Source: a virus
Lineage: Duplodnaviria; Caudoviricetes
Virus record (IMG/VR): IMGVR_UViG_3300030433_001511
Coordinates: 1-30,554 of that record
Strand: one strand, 5' to 3'
Length of the DNA stretch: 30,554 nucleotides
Position numbers and translations under genes: made by a program. Positions 19,507-28,156 of this stretch are shown one piece after another; position 1 is the stretch's first letter; every line of letters starts with the position of its first letter. The notes below the pieces were generated by a model that saw only the letters and a program-made list of their open reading frames with translations, had not been told where the DNA came from and did not search any database.

Positions 19507-19893
19507 TTAGACTACGGACCAGACACTTCCGGCAGGTATGGTGACCGTAACATTTGCTGCCAAAGTTATGGGTCCTGCACTCATAGCATTTTTACCAGGC
19601 GAAATCGAATACGATTGAGCAACTGAAATATCATTTTCATAAAAAACTTTATCAGTTCCTGCCCCGACTGCGCCGCCTGATCCACCGGCAATACTAATGT
19701 CAACGTTTCCACCAGACACGGCAAAAGTATTGCCGGCACCGATGAAGTTCAACGATGTGATAATACCACTGTGAATTGCAGTTCCAGCAGAACTAATACC
19801 AATACCTTTTAGACCACCAGTAGCAGTGATAACACCAACATGAATGTCGGTTGTCTCGCTTATACCATAGCCTACAAGTTTAGTAAATGCCAT
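19507..19893 (-). CDS. Small fibre adaptor protein
   Basis: 128 aa; LNFIG.GNTFAVSG..VDISI module shared with 6639-8171; ends NAMSAGPIT...WSVV. Confidence 0.65.
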   Translation of the reverse strand: MAFTKLVGYGISETTDIHVGVITATGGLKGIGISSAGTAIHSGIITSLNFIGAGNTFAVSGGNVDISIAGGSGGAVGAGTDKVFYENDISVAQSYSISPGKNAMSAGPITLAANVTVTIPAGSVWSVV

Positions 19894-19917
19894 TATCTAC
19901 TTTTTATTTGTATTTAT
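19891..19917 (-). promoter_or_regulatory. T4-like late promoter plus leader cassette
   Basis: Identical 27-mer to 1883-1909. Confidence 0.75.
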
Positions 19918-19928
19918 TATAGATAAAA

Positions 19929-22319
19929 TTATTTGATTAACCAAAGATCCTTCCCTGCAATGGTTTTGATATATTTCCAGTTGGGGTGTTTAGGACTATC
20001 ATTTCTGACTCTAACTTTTCCAAGTAAACCAACTATACCCCATTCTCTTCTCTCATCTCTTGGAACATATGCTTGAGATGAATCATATGTGGAAGATTCA
20101 ATATATCTATGATGAATTCTTCTAGATGCATCGTCTGGAACAACCACATCAGAAGGAACATCATTTTCATCTGCATAGGAATGCTTAGTGCCATCAGCGT
20201 CTTTCCATGACACTTGAGTTACTTGCTCTTTTCTGCGCGTCCCCCATTCATCTATTTCATATCTACCTTGCCAATCATACACAGCAGCATCACCAATTAT
20301 AGCTGCGGTTCCTGATATTACACCAATGATATCAGAGGTGCTTGTTTCACTAGTTGCTTTTTCAATTTTACCGTTAGCATTAAGAAATACTGAATATCCA
20401 CGACGATCTTCATTGTTTGGATTTCCATCTTCCCATTCAAAGTATTCAGCGTAGTCATAATTGTTCTGACTTAATGAACCATCAAAATATGCATTACCAC
20501 CAACATCAAGGTCAAAAGTAAATCTTTTCGAACCAGCCCCAATAAATACATATTCATTTGGATTGCCGTCACTAGAGACACGTCGATACGCAGCGCCGGT
20601 ACTGCCAGCCCAAAAAGTACCCCATCCGTTATTACCACCTATCCAACCTTCGTAGAAAATATCAGCCCAAGCATTCCAATCATTTTTCAGTGCCGTACCA
20701 GCAAAATCATCACCATCCCCCGAAGCAGGGTTGGACGATATAGGTCCAGTCTTCTCGATACGCATCCTCTCGACTGCTTCGTTAGGACTTTCACTACGTG
20801 TTGCAAATGCAAGGAAGAAATCCTTATTAGCATTAGATCCATTTAGTTTGCCACCATAAATGGCAGCACCGTCTAATGGGACATCAGGACTTGTTCTGTA
20901 CTTGGTTGAGAATACAATTCCTGCTCGTGGAGAAGATCCAAAAGCAGTTGTGTCATTGAAAATTCTCAATTGACCTTTTACATCTCCAGTTCCGTTTGCA
21001 TTTGTATCAGCTCCGTGTACGTCTAAGGGTATTGCGGGAGCATTTGTCCCCAGACCCATAAAACCACTAGAAGCTATACGAAGTTTTTCAGACATACCAT
21101 TAGCGGTATCTGTCCAAAACTGAAGCGAGGCGTTGCCACTCGCATCTTCGGCTTGTGAGACTATTGCACTATCAGCTGCAGCACCTGATGTTTTTGAAGT
21201 CAGTGAAATAGATGCTTGAGTTGTAGTACCTGAGGTATCGGCATTTTCTACTCTCAATACTGAGTCACTGGGATTGATAAAAGAATCAGTAAAACTATCT
21301 ACAACATACAATCTATTACCACCACCATTAGTATCGGTTCCTACAAGCAAATCACCAGCAGTAGTTATTTCTACTTTACCATCAGCAGTAAGACTTGGGT
21401 CGGATGTACTATTATATGCAATGACATAATTATTATTTGTTAAATCAATTCCATGACCCCAAGTATTACCTGAGGCATTCTCAAACATCATAACAGCATC
21501 ACCAGCTCCACCACTGGTGATTAATACTCTGGTATCACTACTACCTTGAATGTGCAATTCGTGATATGGATTATTTGTCCCTAAGCCTACAAATCCACCC
21601 GATTCGATACGAACTCTTTCCGTATTATTAGTTCCAAAACGTAAAGGTGTATTTTCTTGATTGAAAATTCGTCCATGCTCATTGCTATCGATACCAACAA
21701 GCAATCCATTATTACCACCTTCACCCGTTGTTGTATTCGTGAATCTTATCTGAGATTCGTCACTACTACCTCTGTGTATGCTGAGCATACTATTGGTATT
21801 GATAACCTGAGCACCGATAGTGACACGTCCGTCTGACCTAATACGAAGTCTTTCTGAGTTGTCTACATTAAATCCAAGATAACTATTAGCAGCACTGTTA
21901 CCCTGATCAGCATTTAATATCAGTACGCCATCATTGTCAGCATAAATTTGTGAATGAGCACCAGTTCCTCCAAGATATATTTGACCATTTGATGCAGATC
22001 CTTTTACGTGTAGATTGACTGATGGATTATTATGCCCTACAGCAACATTTCCACCAGTGACATGAACACCTGCCTGTGCAGTGATAATACCAACAGAATC
22101 AATATTAGTTACGTCCTGATACGTTAATGTACCACCAATGGAAACATTGCCGGTTACTGTTAATGCTGCGACGGTTGATATTCCTGATGTTGCATTGAGG
22201 TTTGCACCATCAATCATCAGACCACCTTGTGTTCCATCAGACTTAAATATCTTAATCTCGTTTGCTTGGGCAGTTATACTATTGATGCCCGAAACACTAT
22301 TTGGTCTAATTACCGTCAT
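19929..22319 (-). CDS. Tail fibre protein with C-terminal peptidase G2-like autocleaving chaperone domain
   Basis: 796 aa; ERLRI-type repeats; DYAEYFEWEDG...IIGVIS...YVPR..R.EW..VGLLGKVRVR. Confidence 0.8.
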   Translation of the reverse strand: MTVIRPNSVSGINSITAQANEIKIFKSDGTQGGLMIDGANLNATSGISTVAALTVTGNVSIGGTLTYQDVTNIDSVGIITAQAGVHVTGGNVAVGHNNPSVNLHVKGSASNGQIYLGGTGAHSQIYADNDGVLILNADQGNSAANSYLGFNVDNSERLRIRSDGRVTIGAQVINTNSMLSIHRGSSDESQIRFTNTTTGEGGNNGLLVGIDSNEHGRIFNQENTPLRFGTNNTERVRIESGGFVGLGTNNPYHELHIQGSSDTRVLITSGGAGDAVMMFENASGNTWGHGIDLTNNNYVIAYNSTSDPSLTADGKVEITTAGDLLVGTDTNGGGNRLYVVDSFTDSFINPSDSVLRVENADTSGTTTQASISLTSKTSGAAADSAIVSQAEDASGNASLQFWTDTANGMSEKLRIASSGFMGLGTNAPAIPLDVHGADTNANGTGDVKGQLRIFNDTTAFGSSPRAGIVFSTKYRTSPDVPLDGAAIYGGKLNGSNANKDFFLAFATRSESPNEAVERMRIEKTGPISSNPASGDGDDFAGTALKNDWNAWADIFYEGWIGGNNGWGTFWAGSTGAAYRRVSSDGNPNEYVFIGAGSKRFTFDLDVGGNAYFDGSLSQNNYDYAEYFEWEDGNPNNEDRRGYSVFLNANGKIEKATSETSTSDIIGVISGTAAIIGDAAVYDWQGRYEIDEWGTRRKEQVTQVSWKDADGTKHSYADENDVPSDVVVPDDASRRIHHRYIESSTYDSSQAYVPRDERREWGIVGLLGKVRVRNDSPKHPNWKYIKTIAGKDLWLIK
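22099..22138. repeat. 40-bp exact repeat, copy 1 (other copy 26856-26895)
   Basis: tcaatattagttacgtcctgatacgttaatgtaccaccaa at both loci; encodes GGTLTYQDVTNID. Confidence 0.9.
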
Positions 22320-22346
22320 TTTATATTGCCTCCGTCAAAGTATTTA

Positions 22347-23180
22347 TTAGACCACAACATAGTTGCCATCGACAGTTAGACTCCCATTTACTGTTACAGG
22401 ACCTGCCATCAGTCCATTAAATGCTGTACTAATATAATGATTTCCGTTTAGTTCATTATCATATATCGTCATACCATTACTGATATAAAGACCATTAAAT
22501 GAATTACCGGCACCAACCATTGCGGTTGTGAACTGCGTCGTGCCGATACCTACATTTGAGTTTGTATGAATACCAGAGTTTGATGATACAAACTTACCGC
22601 CACCGGCAACCTCCAGATCTATCGTTCCATCTGAGTCTTGATAGGTTGCGGTAATATTTGTTTCGGTATTACCCGTGAACATTGCACCAACAATGTCCTG
22701 AATCTGCTCATCAGTTTTACCACCAAGTGTAACTGTGGCAATTCCGGCAGAAACTTCTGCGGTTAATCCGGACTGAACCAGGTTAATGAAAGTAACACCC
22801 GTTCCAATCGTCGTACCACCAGATTGAATACCAACACTTGATAGTCTATCTAATGCACTCTGTGCTAGTTTTGGTAATGTAACTGATGCATCAGCAGGAA
22901 CAGCAACACCTAGTGCAGTTCCAAGAACCACACAGAAAAAATCATCACCAGCAGCAGGTGCGGTGACAAATTCAATATTGCTTTGATCAATAGTAAATGC
23001 TGCTTCCGGTTCTTGAATTACACCACCGATAGACACGATAAGTGCATAGGCAGAACCAGGAAAAAAATTGGTTCCACCAGTTGTTAGGTTAAAAGATACC
23101 TTACTCCCATTGAACTGAGAGGAGATATCATCTAACTTAAGGTAATTACCTGCACTTAGATCGCGACCAATATATGGCAT
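22347..23180 (-). CDS. Virion structural / fibre-base protein
   Basis: 277 aa; MPYIG...LDDISSQFNG...IVSIGGVIQEP N-terminal domain related to 6639-8171; ends NGLMAGPVTV...NYVVV. Confidence 0.7.
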   Translation of the reverse strand: MPYIGRDLSAGNYLKLDDISSQFNGSKVSFNLTTGGTNFFPGSAYALIVSIGGVIQEPEAAFTIDQSNIEFVTAPAAGDDFFCVVLGTALGVAVPADASVTLPKLAQSALDRLSSVGIQSGGTTIGTGVTFINLVQSGLTAEVSAGIATVTLGGKTDEQIQDIVGAMFTGNTETNITATYQDSDGTIDLEVAGGGKFVSSNSGIHTNSNVGIGTTQFTTAMVGAGNSFNGLYISNGMTIYDNELNGNHYISTAFNGLMAGPVTVNGSLTVDGNYVVV

Positions 23181-23243
23181 TATACTACAGTTTTACTTGT
23201 ATTTATGAGTGATAATATCACATTGAATTTACTTTGTTATTTA

Positions 23244-24926
23244 TCAACCTACAAGATAACCCATAAAATAAGTATGAGCTCCATACTGATCGTTGTTTAT
23301 GTTGTAATAACATGTTCTACCAGTATTTTGATCAGAATAAAGTTCTATCGTATCCCCAACAGACAATGACTCCATGATAGAAATAGTCAATGATTCATCA
23401 CTTCCATTTGTATCACAAGCAGCGGTACATAACTGAATAGCACTACCACTTGATGTTTTTCTAATTTGAACTCTAAAGTCACCATCACCAGAATTATAAT
23501 ATACTTGACCGAAGAAGTAATATATTCCTGCAGTTGGAGCGGTAAACTTATAAGTTGAAGTATTCCAACAGTTTCCAACATTTATTCTTGCAACATTAAA
23601 AGGAAATGTTCCTAATGTAAAAGTTTGATTACCACCGGTTCTACCAACAAGGAATGCAGGGTTATCAGGTTTTGTTACAGATCCATTTGAATGAAGAATA
23701 AGTCTTTCTGTAACAGTACCTCCTTCTGGTTTTGTCATAAGCTGCATATATGCACCAGCATCATTACTTGCATTACCATCAGAGGTGGTTATTTTTGCCT
23801 GAATAACAGCAGACAATTTCATTGTATTTCCAGGACCTGACCCAGAATTATTATCATTATTAAACCAAATAGTTCCAATATCTCCATTATCACTACCAAC
23901 TCTACCACTCAAAGAAAGAATACCTCTCTTACCAGCAGTAGCACCACCATAGATATCAAGAATTACATTACTGGATCCAGTGTCATCATAAGTATAAGCA
24001 CTATGACCACCAAGAAGTAAATCGCCACCAGAAGTTATACGAAGTTTTTCAGAACGAACACCACCTCCTCTGTTTTGAAAAGCAATATCAGTATTACCAT
24101 CTACAACTTCAGTTGCAGTAATAGCAGCCTCACCATTGCCCCCAATTTGAAAGAAAATCCCTGCCGACTTATCATTAGTTGTGTTTTCAATTTTCAGGAA
24201 GTTGTAGTCTGCAGTATCACTTCCACCACTATAAGCGGTGCTTGAAGCCGCTTTTAAATGAAGCAGTCTGTCGGGTGAATTCTCACCAACACCAATCTTA
24301 CCATCAGAAGTTATACGAAGTCTTTCTCCAGAGTTTGTTACAAATCTAAGGTCATCATCAAATAACTCTATATTACACTCTGTTCCAGTTTCAACATTAT
24401 TTCTGAATACAATACGACTTCTATTAGTTTGAGATGCTTCAACAACTAATGGAGTGTTGCTGGTTGTGCTATCAATGTGAGTTTTAGCACCTGGATTTAC
24501 AACTCCAACACCAATATTTCCAGCAGAAGTTATACGAAGTTTTTCTCCACCATTTACAGCAAGGATTAGTGCATTGCTTGAGTGGCTGTATTGAAGTTGA
24601 CCAACGTTATTAGAATCGCCGTCAGCAAATTGAATGAAAGAATTATGAGCTGAAGTGCCTAAAATTCTTAGGATTGGATTAACAGTGGTATCAGTTCCAA
24701 CAATTACAGTTCCATCAGATGCTATACGAAGTCTTTCTGCATTGTTCGTTCCCAACGTTACAGTATTAGACGCTGGTGAAAATATAGATCCGCCCGTTCC
24801 TACATTAAATCCCGAGTTGTCCTGAAAAGTCGTGATACCAGAAAAGATCGGACCAGTATCTGTAAAAGTTACAGTGCTCAGTCCTGTTCTACTGGACAGT
24901 GAATTAACGCGAATTTCAGACGACAT
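23244..24926 (-). CDS. Tail fibre protein with C1q-like C-terminal domain
   Basis: 560 aa; four E(R/K)LRI repeats; PAF.V...FN...N.GN.WN.STYKFTAPTAGIYYF...LSVGDTI...FMGYLVG. Confidence 0.8.
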   Translation of the reverse strand: MSSEIRVNSLSSRTGLSTVTFTDTGPIFSGITTFQDNSGFNVGTGGSIFSPASNTVTLGTNNAERLRIASDGTVIVGTDTTVNPILRILGTSAHNSFIQFADGDSNNVGQLQYSHSSNALILAVNGGEKLRITSAGNIGVGVVNPGAKTHIDSTTSNTPLVVEASQTNRSRIVFRNNVETGTECNIELFDDDLRFVTNSGERLRITSDGKIGVGENSPDRLLHLKAASSTAYSGGSDTADYNFLKIENTTNDKSAGIFFQIGGNGEAAITATEVVDGNTDIAFQNRGGGVRSEKLRITSGGDLLLGGHSAYTYDDTGSSNVILDIYGGATAGKRGILSLSGRVGSDNGDIGTIWFNNDNNSGSGPGNTMKLSAVIQAKITTSDGNASNDAGAYMQLMTKPEGGTVTERLILHSNGSVTKPDNPAFLVGRTGGNQTFTLGTFPFNVARINVGNCWNTSTYKFTAPTAGIYYFFGQVYYNSGDGDFRVQIRKTSSGSAIQLCTAACDTNGSDESLTISIMESLSVGDTIELYSDQNTGRTCYYNINNDQYGAHTYFMGYLVG

Positions 24927-24950
24927 TATCTACTTTTTATTTGTATTTAT
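24924..24950 (-). promoter_or_regulatory. T4-like late promoter plus leader cassette
   Basis: Identical 27-mer to 1883-1909. Confidence 0.75.
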
Positions 24951-24959
24951 GGATTATAT

Positions 24960-25169
24960 TCAATCGGTCCAAGTATTACCTTCAATATCTGGATCGAGAG
25001 GTGAAGCATCTGTAGTATCTGCAACTACTCTTACATCATCAGCAACGTGTTCTCCCTCATCAATGAGTTGAGTTCTTCTTGCGTTTGCTTTTTCTTCAGT
25101 AAGTTTTGAATGTGCCTGGTTTTTTAATTCCCATGCGTCTCCGTTTCTAACTTCTATACAGTATGCCAT
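24960..25169 (-). CDS. Hypothetical small acidic protein
   Basis: 69-aa ORF filling the gap, starting 5 bp after the upstream fibre gene. Confidence 0.55.
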   Translation of the reverse strand: MAYCIEVRNGDAWELKNQAHSKLTEEKANARRTQLIDEGEHVADDVRVVADTTDASPLDPDIEGNTWTD

Positions 25170-25174
25170 AATTT

Positions 25175-27115
25175 TTAGTAATAAGAATGGAACATGATTC
25201 TAAATCCAGCATTGTTACTGCTGCTATAATGACTGGTTGCTTTTATTTGTAAAGTCCAAGGACCACTATTATTTCTTAATTGGAAAGATACTGAACCAGT
25301 ATTCCAAGCACCATTCATAAATCGTTGTGAAAGGTTATTCACACCATATGCAGGACTAGTTAGACTGTATTGATATTGGAAAATATTTTTAGATGATGCA
25401 TCTCCACAATATCCATGGAACAATCCGTTAGAATCATTGATACTATGAAGTAAATCGTGCCAAGTATTATTACATGGAACACTTCCCATCACCACCCATG
25501 TACCAGTGAAATGTGGATAACTAGGAATTGTTGCGCTGGCAAGAGCGCCAAGTGAATATGGGTTTGAAAAACTACCACCACCAGAAGTAGTGCTAATCCT
25601 GTAACCATTATTTACTATCATTCCATCATTGTCTATTCTAGCCCTTTCTGTTCCATTAGCTGTCTCAAATCTTATGTAATCACCTGATTGTAGAGCACCT
25701 ATTTGAAGACCATTAGCATCACCAAATATTCTACCATAAATGTTTCCATCACTTCTTTCAAAATCAATACCTGAACCAGTTACTGCTCCTGCTCCACCAA
25801 TAGTTAATGTCGTATAATTACTGAATGTATTTGCATCCATTCCACCGATAGAAACATCACCACCAGATTCGATGCGAAGTCTTTCTGCATTGTTTGTGTA
25901 AATCTGTATATCGGCGTTTTCTCTTTGTATTAAATTAACAGCACTACTACTACCATCAATACTCAAAGTAAATCCATCACTAGCAGTATGTCCAGTATTA
26001 GCAGTGGTCATATGAAGTCTGACTGGATCACCAGAAGTAGTCTCACCAATATGAAGTGCTGTATTTCCAGGCGCAATTGGGGTTACACCCAATCCCATAT
26101 CACCACTTTTTAAGATAGTAAATAAAGTTGAATTATCATTTTGAACTCTGAATATTTGAGAAGTAGCGGAAGTTTGACCTAATACATTAACTCTAAGACC
26201 AGAAGATGCATTAGTTGCCTCTGTAGTAATGACTGGTGCATTATTTCTTAAATGTAAGATATCTGCTGGAGCATCAGTTCCTATACCAACATTACCATCA
26301 GAATTTATACGTAACTTTTCATCAGATATTGACACTCCAGTAGCATCATTACTTGATCTGAATGCAAAGATCATATCAAGATCATTGTAAGAATCTTGTC
26401 TCTGAACAAAGATACCTGCTTTTGAGTAATCACCAGTGCTACCACCAGCAACAGCAAACTTAATTCCAGTGTAACTCGTATTAGCAGTTGAACCAGTTGA
26501 TGTTAAATGAACTGTAGGATCCGAACCCCATATTAAGAGGTTTGGAGAACCATGATTAGTTGGTGTTTTTCCACCCTGTGCAATACGACCACTGGAATCT
26601 ATACGAAGTCTTTCTGCTGCGTTTACAGTAAATGCAAGATAATTTGATGCATGGTTATATCCAAGCATACCTACATCTTCATCATTCTCATCTGCAAACA
26701 TCAGATTGCTTGTTCCGTTTGATGCACCCTCTATAAGGATTACACTATTAGTCGCATCATGAACAGTTAAATTTCTACTGTGTGTTGCACCACCTATATC
26801 TACATTACCACCAGTAACATCAATACCATTGCGTGCAGTAATGATACCAACCGAGTCAATATTAGTTACGTCCTGATACGTTAATGTACCACCAACAGAC
26901 ACGTTGCCTGTGAAGTTAGCAGAGGCGGCAGTTACTATTCCAGTGGCATTAATATTAGTACACTCATATCCAGTACTATGAACATTACTGGTTCCCGACT
27001 TAAAGTTAGATGCTGTAGCAACACCAGTGACATTTACTTCGGCAAGATCTTGAATGCTAAAAGATCCATCAACCGCACTTATCCTATCAGTTTGTCCGTT
27101 TATCTGGATACCCAT
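25175..27115 (-). CDS. Tail fibre protein
   Basis: 646 aa; TLTYQDVTNIDSVG module; four E.(L/A)RI repeats; distinct aromatic-rich C-terminal tip. Confidence 0.75.
   Translation of the reverse strand: MGIQINGQTDRISAVDGSFSIQDLAEVNVTGVATASNFKSGTSNVHSTGYECTNINATGIVTAASANFTGNVSVGGTLTYQDVTNIDSVGIITARNGIDVTGGNVDIGGATHSRNLTVHDATNSVILIEGASNGTSNLMFADENDEDVGMLGYNHASNYLAFTVNAAERLRIDSSGRIAQGGKTPTNHGSPNLLIWGSDPTVHLTSTGSTANTSYTGIKFAVAGGSTGDYSKAGIFVQRQDSYNDLDMIFAFRSSNDATGVSISDEKLRINSDGNVGIGTDAPADILHLRNNAPVITTEATNASSGLRVNVLGQTSATSQIFRVQNDNSTLFTILKSGDMGLGVTPIAPGNTALHIGETTSGDPVRLHMTTANTGHTASDGFTLSIDGSSSAVNLIQRENADIQIYTNNAERLRIESGGDVSIGGMDANTFSNYTTLTIGGAGAVTGSGIDFERSDGNIYGRIFGDANGLQIGALQSGDYIRFETANGTERARIDNDGMIVNNGYRISTTSGGGSFSNPYSLGALASATIPSYPHFTGTWVVMGSVPCNNTWHDLLHSINDSNGLFHGYCGDASSKNIFQYQYSLTSPAYGVNNLSQRFMNGAWNTGSVSFQLRNNSGPWTLQIKATSHYSSSNNAGFRIMFHSYY
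26856..26895. repeat. 40-bp exact repeat, copy 2
   Basis: Identical to 22099-22138. Confidence 0.9.
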
Positions 27116-27134
27116 CTTTCAAAGACTTTTTTAG

Positions 27135-27141
27135 TATTTAT
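27135..27141 (-). promoter_or_regulatory. Late promoter at the head of the fibre array
   Basis: AATAAATACTAAAAAAG about 20 nt upstream of ATG at 27115. Confidence 0.6.
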
Positions 27142-27145
27142 TAAA

Positions 27146-27229
27146 CGGAAAGAGTGGGATTCGAACCCACGGTGCTATTAACACGGCAGTTTTCAAGACT
27201 GCTACCTTAAACCACTCGGTCATCTTTCC
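27146..27229 (-). tRNA. trnS: tRNA-Ser(UGA)
   Basis: GGAAAGA/TCTTTCC acceptor stem; GCAGT-CTTGAAA-ACTGC anticodon arm; long variable arm; GTTCGAATC; CCA not encoded. Confidence 0.95.
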
Positions 27230-27468
27230 TCAAATTGGATGCGACGAACTTTACGTTTGCGTCGTTCCTCTTGATACATTAGTTCTTCCCTAGAGAAGTG
27301 ACTGTCAATCTTTCTTTCTCTATTATTTGATATCATCACAACTTTGTTCAAGTCCTTAGCACCTATCTTGTTATCCACCACACTCATCTGATTTGGGCAA
27401 CCACAAAATTGCACTTTGCTAGTACTCGTTAACTCCTTTCCACAGGAGGTACACTTTACTATAATCAT
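27220..27468 (-). CDS. Small putative zinc-ribbon protein
   Basis: 82 aa; CTSC...CGCPN; basic C-terminus; TATAAATA upstream. Confidence 0.7.
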   Translation of the reverse strand: MIIVKCTSCGKELTSTSKVQFCGCPNQMSVVDNKIGAKDLNKVVMISNNRERKIDSHFSREELMYQEERRKRKVRRIQFEER

Positions 27469-27504
27469 CGTTCTATAATGAAATCTACGTCTTCAGTTTT
27501 CAGT

Positions 27505-27512
27505 TATTTATA
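27505..27512 (-). promoter_or_regulatory. T4 late promoter TATAAATA
   Basis: Exact consensus immediately after the tRNA-Val 3' end. Confidence 0.7.
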
Positions 27513-27584
27513 TGGGTGAAGAGGGGATTGAACCCCCGACCGCCTCCGTGTAAAGGAGATGCTCTACCGCTGAGCTATTCACCC
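27513..27584 (-). tRNA. trnV: tRNA-Val(UAC)
   Basis: GGGTGAA/TTCACCC stem; TCTCC-TTTACAC-GGAGG anticodon arm; GGTTCAATCC. Confidence 0.95.
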
Positions 27585-27760
27585 TTGTCCTTACATTCTA
27601 ACATATACTCTACGGTTTTGGCAACATCTTCCATTGCATCACGCAAATAGATTCTTTGACCGGAGTGTTGCTCTAGTTTTGTGACGCCGTTTTTAAACTC
27701 TTCGGAAAGAGTCCAGCGCCACTGTTCCATACTCTTAGAATACCAAAGGTTAATCTTCAT
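27575..27760 (-). CDS. Hypothetical protein (MKINLWYS...)
   Basis: 61-aa ORF tightly packed between neighbours; protein-like composition. Confidence 0.65.
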   Translation of the reverse strand: MKINLWYSKSMEQWRWTLSEEFKNGVTKLEQHSGQRIYLRDAMEDVAKTVEYMLECKDKGE

Positions 27761-27911
27761 TAGAAAGGTTCCCTAACTTACTATCTAGATGCCCAAGAAG
27801 ACGTATCATTGTTGAATTTTGTTCTTCAAGAGAATTAATACGTTCTTGTAACTCAAGAATCATATCATAGAGATTCTTACATTCTGCAGTTTCTTTATAT
27901 TGTTTTTTCAT
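27750..27911 (-). CDS. Hypothetical 53-aa coiled-coil protein (absent from ORF track)
   Basis: [53 protein letters not shown]; TAATG coupling upstream; fills the gap exactly. Confidence 0.6.
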   Translation of the reverse strand: MKKQYKETAECKNLYDMILELQERINSLEEQNSTMIRLLGHLDSKLGNLSNED

Positions 27912-28093
27912 TAGTCCAATTCCCAACAAGTTTCTCGTGCCAACTCTGGATTCTTTTGTAGTGCTCTGTGAACATGCCCGTGAACATCTTGCTCTAAGGT
28001 GTGATGTGCTTTGGTATGAACAAATTCAATCACCCCAAGAGATCCACAAATTAATAGGTTTATGATCGTGACAGGGTGAAAAAGATACCGCAT
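27911..28093 (-). CDS. Hypothetical small membrane-anchored protein
   Basis: Start moved to MRYLFHP (after the terminator hairpin), 60 aa; hydrophobic N-terminus; His-rich tail. Confidence 0.6.
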   Translation of the reverse strand: MRYLFHPVTIINLLICGSLGVIEFVHTKAHHTLEQDVHGHVHRALQKNPELARETCWELD

Positions 28094-28118
28094 AAAAAAG
28101 GGGGTGCCGTCGCACCCC
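28094..28118 (-). terminator. Rho-independent terminator after the OMP-like gene
   Basis: GGGGTGC-GACG-GCACCCC followed by CTTTTTT. Confidence 0.85.
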
Positions 28119-28147
28119 ATCATAACATCTAGATGTTTATTTGTCTA
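28119..28147 (-). promoter_or_regulatory. sigma70-like promoter
   Basis: TAGACA-N17-TATGAT. Confidence 0.55.
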
Positions 28148-28156
28148 TCGTCTTTA

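Larger units (their letters stand above)
977..26614 (-). repeat. Dispersed in-frame repeat GAAAGACTTCGTATA (ERLRI), about 30 copies including variants, in 10 genes
   Basis: Plus-strand (t)atacgaagtctttc and variants at 977, 1199, 1457, 1709, 2644, 2827, 3034, 4095, 4407, 6077, 9523, 9781, 9949, 10177, 11396, 11639, 12002, 19075, 21075, 21606, 21840, 24036, 24312, 24531, 24723, 25871, 26600. Confidence 0.9.

Noticed and set aside
682-24832. Short alternative-frame and antisense ORFs in the track (e.g. 746-973, 7006-7305, 18878-19237)
   Set aside because: Shadows of long G/S/T-rich fibre genes with no independent signals
977-26614. CRISPR array interpretation of the tatacgaagtctttc repeats
   Set aside because: Copies are short, in frame within CDSs, 170 to several thousand bp apart, and there are no cas genes
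107-27115. Diversity-generating retroelement or invertase shufflon
   Set aside because: No reverse transcriptase or invertase, no template/variable repeat pair differing at adenines, and all genes are co-oriented
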